From: Candidatus Hermodarchaeota archaeon
GTDB taxonomy: Archaea; Asgardarchaeota; Hermodarchaeia; Hermodarchaeales; Hermodarchaeaceae
Assembly (NCBI GenBank): GCA_016840065.1
Contig: JAEOTB010000055.1
Span: 1 to 53,551 of the forward strand
DNA length: 53,551 bases
Reading direction: 5' to 3'
The position numbers were made by a program, and so were the translations under genes. Shown here one piece after another: positions 38,540 through 47,734 of the stretch (positions within the stretch are counted from its first letter, which is position 1; each line of letters opens with the position of its first letter). The notes below the pieces were generated by a model that saw only the letters and a list, made by a program, of their open reading frames with translations, was not told the DNA's origin and did not search any database.

Positions 38540-40579
38540 TCAGCGTCTTCTCCTTATCATCCATATGACTACTACCAGACCAATGATTCCTGCTACTCCG
38601 CCTCCAATAATTAGGAGCGAAATAGGATTACTACCGACGATGAATTCATAGTAGAGTCCTCCGTTATCATCGCGACCGATGTTACCCAAAACGTCTTGCG
38701 CAGCCACATAAAGCTGAACTCGTGCACCTGCTGGAAATGGGTCAAGAGTTTCTTCATAGGTGTTTCCATAAGCCAGAGTCATTAAGCGGCTCAACCATGG
38801 CCCCATATTGACACTATAGGCGACATAGATTTGTTGAATGTCAGAACCTAGTTCCTCCTTCACAACTTGAGCCGTAACATGGACACTGTCAGTACTTAGT
38901 GGTTGCATGGGAGTATAGGTTACTCCAAAGACATTGGGTATGTAGCGTAAGACCGTCACCGAAACTTCGGATGTATTAGTGAGCCCGTTGTTATCTACAA
39001 CCCGTGCCTGAATTGTAAGAGGACCCCATCCCTGCACATCCCAGAGGTAGTAATATCGAGAATTAAGTACTGAAATCTTGGTAGTACTCCAGCTACTCCC
39101 ATTCAAACTGACCAGTACATACTTTATCGGTTCTTCATCCGGATCTGTCACATTGATCCAAATGGTACAAGTTGTGCCTTGAACAAGTTCTTCAGCGGGT
39201 AAGGGCGAATCGATGATAAGGGATATCCCCCAGTCTATTAACACCGAATGCGAGGCCCGTCCAACCCAGTCAGCATCGTCGAAGATGCGAGCATGAAACT
39301 GAATCTCTCCGTACTCCTCTGTTGCATTCCAATAATAGGTGCAGTGTGTCTCGTTGAGCCCTGAGGATATGTCAAACCAGTCGCCGCCTTCAATGGAGAG
39401 TTCTACTCGACTGATGTCATCGTAATCGTCATCGAGTTCAAGGACAATGGGCACATCATCTGCCGGGTTTATGTATCCAAGCGGGGGTAGAGGGGCAACA
39501 AATGTTGCCTCGGGGAAGCCAGGTTCTGTTGACACTATTTGGGCAAAATCTGCAACCGTAGCAGCCGCTGTTTTAGCAACGAGAGTTCCCAATTCAAAAG
39601 AATAATCGAACTGACCAATAGCATCAGCAGCGCTATGAATATAGGGTTGACCCATTCCTCCTCGTTCAAAGAACCAAACGGCTGGGTAGCCTTGTTCCCA
39701 GAAGGGTGAATGGTCACTTAATACCATGTGTGGGTTAAACCATGCATTCACTGGAGCACCCACCCAGTTTTGCCCACGGTCTTCAGCCAAGGAAGCGAAA
39801 GTCCCGCTGGCACCACCGTTGTGGATGATATCAATTTTCTCGTTTTCTGGTGCATCTGGATTATTCCAGTGAATCATGTCGAAATTTACCATTGCAGCAA
39901 CTGAGATGTTTTCATAATTCAGCATCCCAGCATAAGCCTTTGACCCGAAGAGACCCTGTTCCTCCTGATTAAACGCCAGAAAGTGGATACTATAATTATA
40001 GGTATATTGGGAGAGGGCTTGAGCCATTTCCATAACTGCAGCAACTCCTGACGCGTCATCATCAGCACCCGGCGATACTAAGGGTGTGGTGTCGAGGTGA
40101 GCACCGACAACAATTACAGCGTTGTTAAGAGAGTTACCTCCAGGTAAGATGCCGACCACGTTCGGCGAACCTCCACTGAAATCATGGATTGAAACATCTA
40201 AGCCTACATCTTCGAAGAAATCAGCTATGTAATCAACAGTTTCTGCGTTGCCTGGTTGACCTGTCATCCTACTCCCGAAGGCGCTTGTCAGCGTTGTTAA
40301 GTGACGACTGTATCCAGAAGTTGTTATCCGGTCGATTATGCCTTGGATTTCTGTTGGAGCATCAATACTCTTGGCTAGGGAAATTGACGACGTGATTGAA
40401 TCAGAGGCTCTATCGTATTGGTGGTTATCAATTAATCCACTGGATGAAATCGAGTTCATCTGTGATAATGCAAGTGGATTCGAATCACTGGCTGAAAGGC
40501 CTGTTGGAGTTAATATCAAAAACCCGCAGAGCATGAGTAACAGAAGTCCAGAATGTATCCACATCTTCTTCAAGGACAA
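38540..40579 (-). CDS. Secreted, membrane-anchored M28 aminopeptidase with Ig-like domains
   Basis: GAHLD, PGADDDASG, EEQGLFGS, NFDM, SDHSPF, IHS..D. Signal peptide, beta-rich C-terminal domains, TM helix and RRRR. Confidence 0.92.
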   Translation of the reverse strand: MSLKKMWIHSGLLLLMLCGFLILTPTGLSASDSNPLALSQMNSISSSGLIDNHQYDRASDSITSSISLAKSIDAPTEIQGIIDRITTSGYSRHLTTLTSAFGSRMTGQPGNAETVDYIADFFEDVGLDVSIHDFSGGSPNVVGILPGGNSLNNAVIVVGAHLDTTPLVSPGADDDASGVAAVMEMAQALSQYTYNYSIHFLAFNQEEQGLFGSKAYAGMLNYENISVAAMVNFDMIHWNNPDAPENEKIDIIHNGGASGTFASLAEDRGQNWVGAPVNAWFNPHMVLSDHSPFWEQGYPAVWFFERGGMGQPYIHSAADAIGQFDYSFELGTLVAKTAAATVADFAQIVSTEPGFPEATFVAPLPPLGYINPADDVPIVLELDDDYDDISRVELSIEGGDWFDISSGLNETHCTYYWNATEEYGEIQFHARIFDDADWVGRASHSVLIDWGISLIIDSPLPAEELVQGTTCTIWINVTDPDEEPIKYVLVSLNGSSWSTTKISVLNSRYYYLWDVQGWGPLTIQARVVDNNGLTNTSEVSVTVLRYIPNVFGVTYTPMQPLSTDSVHVTAQVVKEELGSDIQQIYVAYSVNMGPWLSRLMTLAYGNTYEETLDPFPAGARVQLYVAAQDVLGNIGRDDNGGLYYEFIVGSNPISLLIIGGGVAGIIGLVVVIWMIRRRR

Positions 40580-40743
40580 TTACCTCAAATATATGATACC
40601 CGAGACCGTTTGTTGATTCTTTTCTTATTTCTTTCCTTTACTGCACATTCAGCGGTCAACGATTATGGTAATGGAGAGAAACCAGCCTAAATTAGGAAGA
40701 ACTATCAATATTCTGTTACTGAAGAATCTGTGAGGTGGGAAGA

Positions 40744-41973
40744 CTATACTACAGGATCTTGTGTCTCAGAATCCTCAAGGGAGGCGGATGATGTTTGAAG
40801 GAGCGTTTCTTGGAATTGGGTAAGAACATCCTTGAATCCCTTTCGCATCTTAAGAAATAGTTCGTTACGCTGGACCTCCGTTTGGTAGATGATTTCAAGG
40901 AGTTCGCTCTTCAGGAACTTCGCGATTTCCTTATAGGACTCGACTAATTCTATCATCTGATCCTTATAGGCACTGAATTCAAGGAACAAAGATGTAGCTT
41001 GAGAAGCGCCCAAAAGCATGGCTTTATGGTCGCGAAAATGGGACGCCAAGGTTCTGATGTCCAATCCTCCCTGAATCTTGTGCATCAATTCCATCATTTC
41101 TATATGAGTGAGATTAAGGAGACTTCGGAAGAGTAGATTGTGGTGCTCTTCGAATATCCAGTGAGTTCTATCATGAAGACTGACATGTTCCTTGAATTTC
41201 TGCCGTAATTTTTGGAATTCCTGTATTTTTCTGTCGAATTCTTCCATTTCTGCTATTCCAAAAAGACCTGGTGATTCGGTAAGGATGAAGGTTGGAAACT
41301 CTCGTGAATCTTTAGCGAGGAGGGATATGGCTTCAGCAACATAGTTGATGACTTCTTCGAGGCCTTCTTCTTCCATTGCGGCATTGATTGCGTTACGAGC
41401 TTCTGACTGGAGTTGGGTAGACTTCTCTGAGGTGATATAGCGAAGAACTTCGAGGAAGCCGTACATGAACTCGCTCTGAATCATTTTGTGTATTTTTTCA
41501 AGATGTGGTAGATAGGTGATAAGGGTGTGTTGAAATTTCTCCGAAATCAGTTGGTCTTCGTAGAATTGACCCAGAAACCATTTGATACCTGAGACACCCA
41601 ATTCTTTAGACTTTATGGCTTCACGGGGATTGCTAATACTCCGTACCGTTTCATCAAATTCCTTAGTTTCTGTGATTCCAACTGATGAAAACAGTGTATG
41701 TAAGCTTCGCCGTTGATTTCGATAGTAACTGTAATATGTAACTAGGTGGTCAACGAATTCATCTATACTGTGAATGATTTGACTTCCTTCAGGAATTACT
41801 AAATGGTTTCCTGTGCCATGCTTCTCCAGAAACTTTGATACTCGTGATTCTGATTTACTACTAATCTCAGCTTTGACTTTTTCGTATTGAAAGAGGTGTG
41901 TTAAATAACGGTTAAGAAGTATACAAATTTGTTCTTGAACCTTCTCATTTGTGAGTTCTTCTTCCTGGTCCAT
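40744..41973 (-). CDS. Hypothetical all-helical protein downstream of the Rab-like GTPase
   Basis: 409-aa ORF rich in E/K/L/Q, with a GAGG RBS, 18 nt after the GTPase stop. Confidence 0.75.
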   Translation of the reverse strand: MDQEEELTNEKVQEQICILLNRYLTHLFQYEKVKAEISSKSESRVSKFLEKHGTGNHLVIPEGSQIIHSIDEFVDHLVTYYSYYRNQRRSLHTLFSSVGITETKEFDETVRSISNPREAIKSKELGVSGIKWFLGQFYEDQLISEKFQHTLITYLPHLEKIHKMIQSEFMYGFLEVLRYITSEKSTQLQSEARNAINAAMEEEGLEEVINYVAEAISLLAKDSREFPTFILTESPGLFGIAEMEEFDRKIQEFQKLRQKFKEHVSLHDRTHWIFEEHHNLLFRSLLNLTHIEMMELMHKIQGGLDIRTLASHFRDHKAMLLGASQATSLFLEFSAYKDQMIELVESYKEIAKFLKSELLEIIYQTEVQRNELFLKMRKGFKDVLTQFQETLLQTSSASLEDSETQDPVV

Positions 41974-41991
41974 AGGTTTTCCTCTTTGTTC

Positions 41992-42546
41992 TTATTCGGG
42001 AGATACTGACTGACTGCTGACCATTTCCTTCTGAAGAATCAGTTCGGAAACCTTTTCGAATGTCTCTTTTACACCTTGGTCAACCTTTGCACTGGTCTCA
42101 AAATACTTCATCCCTCTCTCGTCTATCAAGGTTTCAACATCACTTGTGGTAACTTCTCGAGTATCAGTCAAGTCAAGTTTGTTACCAACCAAGATCATGG
42201 GGATGTCTTGGCTGGCATAGCGTTGAATCTGTTCTACCCATTTTTCAACGTTCAGAAAGCTTTGTCGACGAGTAAGATCAAATACTAACACAGCACCCTT
42301 TGCGCCACGATAATAAATTGGTCGAATACCTGCGTACCGCTCCTGACCTGCTGTATCCCAAATCTGGAGCTTGACAATATGTCCATTCATGGAGAGCGTC
42401 TTAACGACAAAGTCGACACCTAATGTGCTGATATATTGGTCAGTAAAAGTGCCATAGGCGAATCTTGTAGTAAGGCTTGTTTTACCGACTTCTGCATCAC
42501 CAACAAGCACTATTTTAAAGAGGTAATCGAAATTGCCATTTGACAT
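41992..42546 (-). CDS. Rab-like small GTPase
   Basis: FDYLFKIVLVGDAEVGKTSL, STLGVDF (RabF1), KLQIWDTAGQERY (RabF2/G3), YYRGA (RabF4), LVFDLT (RabF5), GNKLD, ETSAK. Confidence 0.95.
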   Translation of the reverse strand: MSNGNFDYLFKIVLVGDAEVGKTSLTTRFAYGTFTDQYISTLGVDFVVKTLSMNGHIVKLQIWDTAGQERYAGIRPIYYRGAKGAVLVFDLTRRQSFLNVEKWVEQIQRYASQDIPMILVGNKLDLTDTREVTTSDVETLIDERGMKYFETSAKVDQGVKETFEKVSELILQKEMVSSQSVSPE

Positions 42547-42617
42547 CGTGTCTTGTCCTCATCCATTTCCGAACTGAAGTTCTCAGATATCTATTCAGTT
42601 GGTAGTCACTTAAAGAT

Positions 42618-43784
42618 TTAGTTAGGATGATATTCAAAACCACGTTGAGCTTTACGCCGGCGGAGCTTGCGTAAATCATAGAGCTTCTTCAGCTCATTGG
42701 AGGCCGTTCCCTTGGCTATACCTAATTCTTCAGCTACCACAGCTGATGTAGCCTTCTTCAGCTTGTGGATTAGGGTTAATATGTCTCGCTGAATAGCTGT
42801 TATTCCTTCAGGATCGGATGCCATGAAGGAGTCAAGTTCTATTTCCCTCTCAGATTTTGTGAATCGACTCTCATCAGATGCGCTTGGTACTAGGGTGGTC
42901 TCCTCTGGTAGACTTGGTTGTTGATGAATTATCTGAAGTACATAATCGCTGGTGATTCTGTCCCCAGCTGGATTGCCATCTTGAAAGGCATCAGTAATTA
43001 TACTCTCACAGAGCCGCAGTGTAGGTCTTGGGTAACCCCTTGTATGTTTATGGATTTTATCAATAGCTCCCAGAGTGAATGGTGAGATATCAGTACCACC
43101 AAAGTATTCAATTCGTTGGCGAATCAATTCCTCTGTTTCTTCTCGTGTTAGAACTTCAATATGACCGCCAGCAACTCTTCTTTCAAGCATCATCTTGTAG
43201 GTTACCCTTTCTGCCAGTGGTCCAAAGATGTTAGTTAAGGCCTTCTGAAAACCTGTTAGTCCAGCCATAAACAGTACAACCGCAGGCGAGTCGCTGAGGT
43301 GACGAAGCCACTGTACAGTTTTTCTTTTCTCTGCGACTACTGCTTCTGAATCACCGACCTCGATAGCAAGGGTTTGACCTTCGTCGATAAGAAGAATTAT
43401 CCGGCGATGTTTCTTTATGTAGAATTCCTGAATGTTTTCTGATAAGGAATCTATGAGATCAGGTGGAGGACCACTTTCTTTCATGGTGTTCCGAGCAACC
43501 AAATTTGTCAATGCAGAACTGAGAATTCTGGTGTCGACAGGTTCGGATATCGAGCAAGGAATCATGTTGGTTGTTGTATTCAGTTTCTGCAGGAACCAGC
43601 GTAGAACATGGGTTTTTCCAGTTCCAGCTCGTCCTTCAATAAGTATGATGTTTCCAGTTCTGAGTTGTGTCATTAAGGGGGTGATGATACGTTTCTCCCC
43701 TGCGAATACTTCAGGCATTACATCTATCCTAAAGGGGAAATCCCACCAACCCAAGCTTTTCATACGCTCGTCAATGGCAAACAT
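42618..43784 (-). CDS. ExeA-like AAA+ ATPase with C-terminal winged helix-turn-helix
   Basis: LGWWDFPF N-terminal motif, GRAGTGKT, LLIDEGQ, LAERV Arg finger, TRGYPR, tail VAEELGIAKGTASNELKKLYD. Confidence 0.85.
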   Translation of the reverse strand: MFAIDERMKSLGWWDFPFRIDVMPEVFAGEKRIITPLMTQLRTGNIILIEGRAGTGKTHVLRWFLQKLNTTTNMIPCSISEPVDTRILSSALTNLVARNTMKESGPPPDLIDSLSENIQEFYIKKHRRIILLIDEGQTLAIEVGDSEAVVAEKRKTVQWLRHLSDSPAVVLFMAGLTGFQKALTNIFGPLAERVTYKMMLERRVAGGHIEVLTREETEELIRQRIEYFGGTDISPFTLGAIDKIHKHTRGYPRPTLRLCESIITDAFQDGNPAGDRITSDYVLQIIHQQPSLPEETTLVPSASDESRFTKSEREIELDSFMASDPEGITAIQRDILTLIHKLKKATSAVVAEELGIAKGTASNELKKLYDLRKLRRRKAQRGFEYHPN

Positions 43785-43867
43785 AACATCAGTTCTCCTT
43801 ACCTGGATGGTTCACCACTGGTTGGGTTCGAGTTCATCACCTTGTTTGTGTTAGATAGGTTCGCACC

Positions 43868-44149
43868 CTAGCTTTCAGCTAAGGCTACATCTCCTAATCG
43901 TCCGAGTTGATCGTTGTAGCTAAAGGCACAACACACATTCCCTCCTCCATTATTGAAAGTCGAATCCTCCTCTCTGTTCGTTTCGCAGAGATATATGCAG
44001 TAGCTAGTATTCACGAGATTTCCAGAACGTCGACACACAATCATTTGTGATGTTGGAGCAATTAAATCTAGGACAGAATCCTGTGAATGGAGTATCTGGG
44101 ATGTTTCGAGCATAAACCTTGGTCGTACTATTTTTGATTTCTCAATCAT
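43868..44149 (-). CDS. Small Cys-containing hypothetical protein
   Basis: Strong RBS GGTGAGG. C-x11-C-x3-C...CC pattern. Confidence 0.7.
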   Translation of the reverse strand: MIEKSKIVRPRFMLETSQILHSQDSVLDLIAPTSQMIVCRRSGNLVNTSYCIYLCETNREEDSTFNNGGGNVCCAFSYNDQLGRLGDVALAES

Positions 44150-44280
44150 TTATCCTCACCTTCCTTGTGACTAGCGTAGATTATCCGTTTAGGGCTCCTG
44201 AATGAGCTGTGTTTGGCCTGTTCAGAGATTTTGTTTGCAAGCTCGTAAAATACCCTTATTTTTCCTTTTTGGAGCCCCAT

Positions 44281-44320
44281 AACATCATTCAACTTCATTA
44301 AACTTCATTCAGGTTCATTA
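44281..44320. repeat. Four tandem 10-bp imperfect repeats (consensus AACTTCATTM)
   Basis: aacatcattc aacttcatta aacttcattc aggttcatta, in the intergenic region upstream of the Cys protein/AAA/Rab genes. Confidence 0.8.
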
Positions 44321-44555
44321 AAGATATTTAGAACCCTATAAAGCTTCCTATCTCCTTGGGGATTTCTCTCTAGCCCCCCATAAATTGCCTGTTACATTAA
44401 TTATTTCATTCTGAAAGAAATTATTCCTAAACGGTGTTAATGCCCGAAATCCCTTTTTCAGTACGGAAAAGCCTTCATTTCCCCATATTGAGAATTTGGT
44501 CGGTCATTTTGCGTTCCAATGAAATGGAATGAACATCCCCTACAATCAACCCCAT

Positions 44556-45608
44556 CTAATCGAGGAGAGATACGGAAAGAGGACCAGAGGATGAGCCAAA
44601 CTCTTCGTGGAGATATCTCAGAAGTTCAAACCGTTTAGGGTTTAGGTGTAAAAGTGACTGTATATCATCAAGCGAGAGGTGAGGTGAATGTTTCCGGAAA
44701 CTTATGAAGTATCTAAGATCCTTTATCAACTCTCTGAGTTGAAACTCCAAGAATTGCCCTTGCTCGGAGAGAGATTCGCTGAGGGCTAAGGATGTTTTTG
44801 CTATATTCATCTGAAACTGGTTTGGAGGAGCCTGATACCAACACCCACCATCAGGGTCACACCTCAAGAAGAGGTAATGATCAATATACTCGGGGACTAC
44901 CATGTTCTTGAAGACTTTTTCAGTGACACCGAGGAGCGTGGATGTCTTGTGAACTTGGTGCTTACGACTCTGAAGGATTCCCCTAGTAATCTCCATATCC
45001 GTTATTGCATCCATGTGAGGGATTTTGAAGGGGAGCAACTCGTCTAGGGATTCCCTTAGTCTTGTGATATGTTCATCGCTGCAACAGACTATCACAGCTG
45101 AACCGATGAGTATATTCAAGAGAAGAATATCGAGAACTTCCCCCATAGAGCTGAGCAGGAACTCTGCAGAGGTTAGTTCTTGTTTTTCAGCTTCAAATCG
45201 AGTGTTGTGTGCAGCAAGGGCCTGTTGGATTGTTGGGATGAATTTTTCAAACATCCGGGTCCCGCCATCCCACCTTGCTAAGATGTCCTCGAATTTGTTT
45301 AGAAAGAGGACATTTAGACTGTGAAGAACCGCCTGTACTTCAAGCACATCTGCACCTGAATCGGCTAATCCTACAGTGATGATATCCTGCAAGGCGTCAT
45401 AATGGAACCGGTAAACACCAGCTTCGATGGTGCGAATTTCTTCGTCAATTGCCTCATGACCGAACTCCCTAATCGCAGTTAACAAACCTGTCAAGATTGT
45501 CTGGTCAAGCTTCACGACTGGTGAGAGAACAGAAACAAGGTTTTCACCAGAACGGAGAAAGATGAACACAGAATGGATTTTACTTGACAGGGTAACACCC
45601 CTCACCAC
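44556..45608 (-). CDS. Longin-domain protein with probable DENN/folliculin-like C-terminal region
   Basis: N-terminal IHSVFIFLRSGENLV...LTGLLTAIREFG...IRTIE longin pattern. Downstream LNILIGSAVIVCCSD...LDELLPF...LLGV resembles the cDENN core. Confidence 0.7.
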   Translation of the reverse strand: MVRGVTLSSKIHSVFIFLRSGENLVSVLSPVVKLDQTILTGLLTAIREFGHEAIDEEIRTIEAGVYRFHYDALQDIITVGLADSGADVLEVQAVLHSLNVLFLNKFEDILARWDGGTRMFEKFIPTIQQALAAHNTRFEAEKQELTSAEFLLSSMGEVLDILLLNILIGSAVIVCCSDEHITRLRESLDELLPFKIPHMDAITDMEITRGILQSRKHQVHKTSTLLGVTEKVFKNMVVPEYIDHYLFLRCDPDGGCWYQAPPNQFQMNIAKTSLALSESLSEQGQFLEFQLRELIKDLRYFISFRKHSPHLSLDDIQSLLHLNPKRFELLRYLHEEFGSSSGPLSVSLLD

Positions 45609-45731
45609 TGATTTGCCTAGAGCGATAAGAGATTAAAGTGTTTCTTACATGCTTTTACTGGAGCTTCTTTGAGTTACCCCTTTAATTTATAAAGATTATC
45701 AACTTGCTGTTGATACTGAAGGACAATAGAG

Positions 45732-46817
45732 GTGCATACTGTGACAATTGACAGAATTCTGAAGACCTTAGAAGAATTATCCGAAGCTATAGGAGTCTCT
45801 GGTTTTGAAAAACCTCCTCGTGACATGATTCAGGAGGAAATCAAGGATTTGGTTGATAAGGCTTGGGTAGACCCCCTGGGGAACCTACTAGCTATCCGCA
45901 AGGGTGAGACAAAACACCCTCGCATCCTGCTAGACGCCCATGTAGACGAAATCGGTTTCATAATCACACATGTAGATAAGCGAGGATTCCTTCGAATAGC
46001 CCCATTAGGAGGATGGGACCCAAGAACACTACCTGGGCAACGAGTCATCATTCAACCCCACGCCATTAAGGAGAAATACCCTCCACCAGTTTTCGGTGTC
46101 ATCACTGCGATGCCACCACACCTGACTTCACCAGAACAGCGAAGGAAGGTCATTCAGATAGAAGAACTCTTAGTCGATATCGGCGTAACCTCATTTGACG
46201 AAGCAAAGGAGAAGGGAGTAGTGATGGGTGTTCCTTTAACCGTGTGGCAGCCCTTCATGAGGCTCAGCGATGACTCGCTAACCGGTAAAGCATTCGATGA
46301 TCGTGTGGGCTGCACTATTCTGGTTGAAACCTTACGGCGTTTAGAGGAGGCCAAGAATAGGCAAGCGACTGTGGTCTTTAACTTTGCAATGGCAGAAGAG
46401 GTGGGAGCACGAGGAGCCAGGACTGGTGCTTATACGTTAGAACCTGATGTTGCACTTGCCCTAGAGTGTACCACTGCAGCAGATATACCAGACGTTCCAG
46501 ATCACAAATCACCTACTCGTCTTGGTGAGGGACCAGCAATAACCTTAGCCGATCGCTCTATGATCGCTCATCCCAAGGTGGTCTCCACTCTTCAACGCGT
46601 CGGAGAGAAGGAAAAGATAAGACATCAGGTGAAGAAGCCGATAATTACCGGCGGAACAGATGCGGGGCAAATTCATGTGACAAGGGGAGGTGTTCCCTCA
46701 GGGGTTGTTTCAGTTCCCTCCCGCAACATTCACTCAGCAGTTTCTGTAATTCGGCTCTCCGATATGGTCGCTGCCGTTGACCTTGTTTATGGCTTCATAC
46801 AAACTTGGAAAGAATAG
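45732..46817 (+). CDS. M42 (TET/FrvX) aminopeptidase
   Basis: GVSGFE, DAHVDEIG, GKAFDDRVG, EEVGARGA, GGTDAG, RNIHS. Confidence 0.93.
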   Translation: MHTVTIDRILKTLEELSEAIGVSGFEKPPRDMIQEEIKDLVDKAWVDPLGNLLAIRKGETKHPRILLDAHVDEIGFIITHVDKRGFLRIAPLGGWDPRTLPGQRVIIQPHAIKEKYPPPVFGVITAMPPHLTSPEQRRKVIQIEELLVDIGVTSFDEAKEKGVVMGVPLTVWQPFMRLSDDSLTGKAFDDRVGCTILVETLRRLEEAKNRQATVVFNFAMAEEVGARGARTGAYTLEPDVALALECTTAADIPDVPDHKSPTRLGEGPAITLADRSMIAHPKVVSTLQRVGEKEKIRHQVKKPIITGGTDAGQIHVTRGGVPSGVVSVPSRNIHSAVSVIRLSDMVAAVDLVYGFIQTWKE

Positions 46818-46829
46818 GAAGGAAGAAGA

Positions 46830-47261
46830 ATGTCTGAGAACAAACCACCCTCGGTGGAGGAAGTCCTTCGAGGAGAAAATATAATTTTCCTTGCGACAAA
46901 TGAAGAGAGTCAACCTCGAGTGCGTCCTGTTACGCTTATCGAAGACCATGGAGAGTTCTTTGTCTTAACGGGATCAAAGGACCAGAAAGTAGCTCAGATT
47001 AGAGCGAACGAGAAGGTGGAGTGCCTGAGATTGGTAAAGTTTGGTGAAGCTACAGGATATGTGCGATTCTCTGCAACGGCAACCATTGAGCAGGACCCAG
47101 AGTTTCGTGAACGAATAGCCAAGGTGGCATCATTCTTCAGTCAGTTCTGGGACAGCCCTACTCATCCAGGGTACACGTTGATTCACCTCCGACCAATCAG
47201 TGTAGAGTATATGAAACCAGGTGATATGGGAGCTACACCCGTGCCGGAACTCAAATTATAG
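46830..47261 (+). CDS. Pyridoxamine 5'-phosphate oxidase-like split-barrel flavin-binding protein
   Basis: LAT...PRVRPV, K..QIRANEKVE. Confidence 0.85.
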   Translation: MSENKPPSVEEVLRGENIIFLATNEESQPRVRPVTLIEDHGEFFVLTGSKDQKVAQIRANEKVECLRLVKFGEATGYVRFSATATIEQDPEFRERIAKVASFFSQFWDSPTHPGYTLIHLRPISVEYMKPGDMGATPVPELKL

Positions 47262-47276
47262 CTGGGTGGCAATTTA

Positions 47277-47708
47277 ATGACAGATGATGGACTTCCTACA
47301 CCTGAAGATATTCTACGAAGTAGACCTTTGGTATATTTTGCCACTGTTGAAGGTGAGAAACCGAGAGTACGTCCTGTTACGTTGATTGAGAATCAGGGAA
47401 GGCTCTATGTGATAACTGGAGCGAAGGATGATAAGGTGTCACAGATTCGAAGCAATAATAATGTAGAAATCGTTGCTCCCCAAAGACTGGGCGATGCTGT
47501 GGTTTTTATCCGAATATCAGCTAAAGCGGTTATTGAGGAGGATCCTGTAGAGAGAGCGAGAGTAGCGGGGGTTGTAGAATGGTTTGGTGATTATTTTAGT
47601 AGCCCTAGCAGCCCTGACTATGCTCTTATTCGCATTCAACCTGATGTTGTTTTGTACAAGAAGCCTGGCATTAGAGAACCTGTGGTAATCCCGAAGCTTT
47701 CACTTTGA
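47277..47708 (+). CDS. Pyridoxamine 5'-phosphate oxidase-like protein (tandem paralog)
   Basis: FAT...PRVRPVTLIE, KVSQIRSNNNVE. Same length as the neighbour (143 aa). Confidence 0.85.
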   Translation: MTDDGLPTPEDILRSRPLVYFATVEGEKPRVRPVTLIENQGRLYVITGAKDDKVSQIRSNNNVEIVAPQRLGDAVVFIRISAKAVIEEDPVERARVAGVVEWFGDYFSSPSSPDYALIRIQPDVVLYKKPGIREPVVIPKLSL

Positions 47709-47734
47709 TATGTGCCCAAAGAGTTGTACTCGTC

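Noticed and set aside
42618-43784. Calling the AAA-wHTH protein Orc1/Cdc6
   Set aside because: It lacks the typical Cdc6 N-terminal P..L.HRE and YINC motifs. The LGW..FPF start and DEGQ Walker B fit ExeA-like ATPases, and no canonical ORB G-string was seen.
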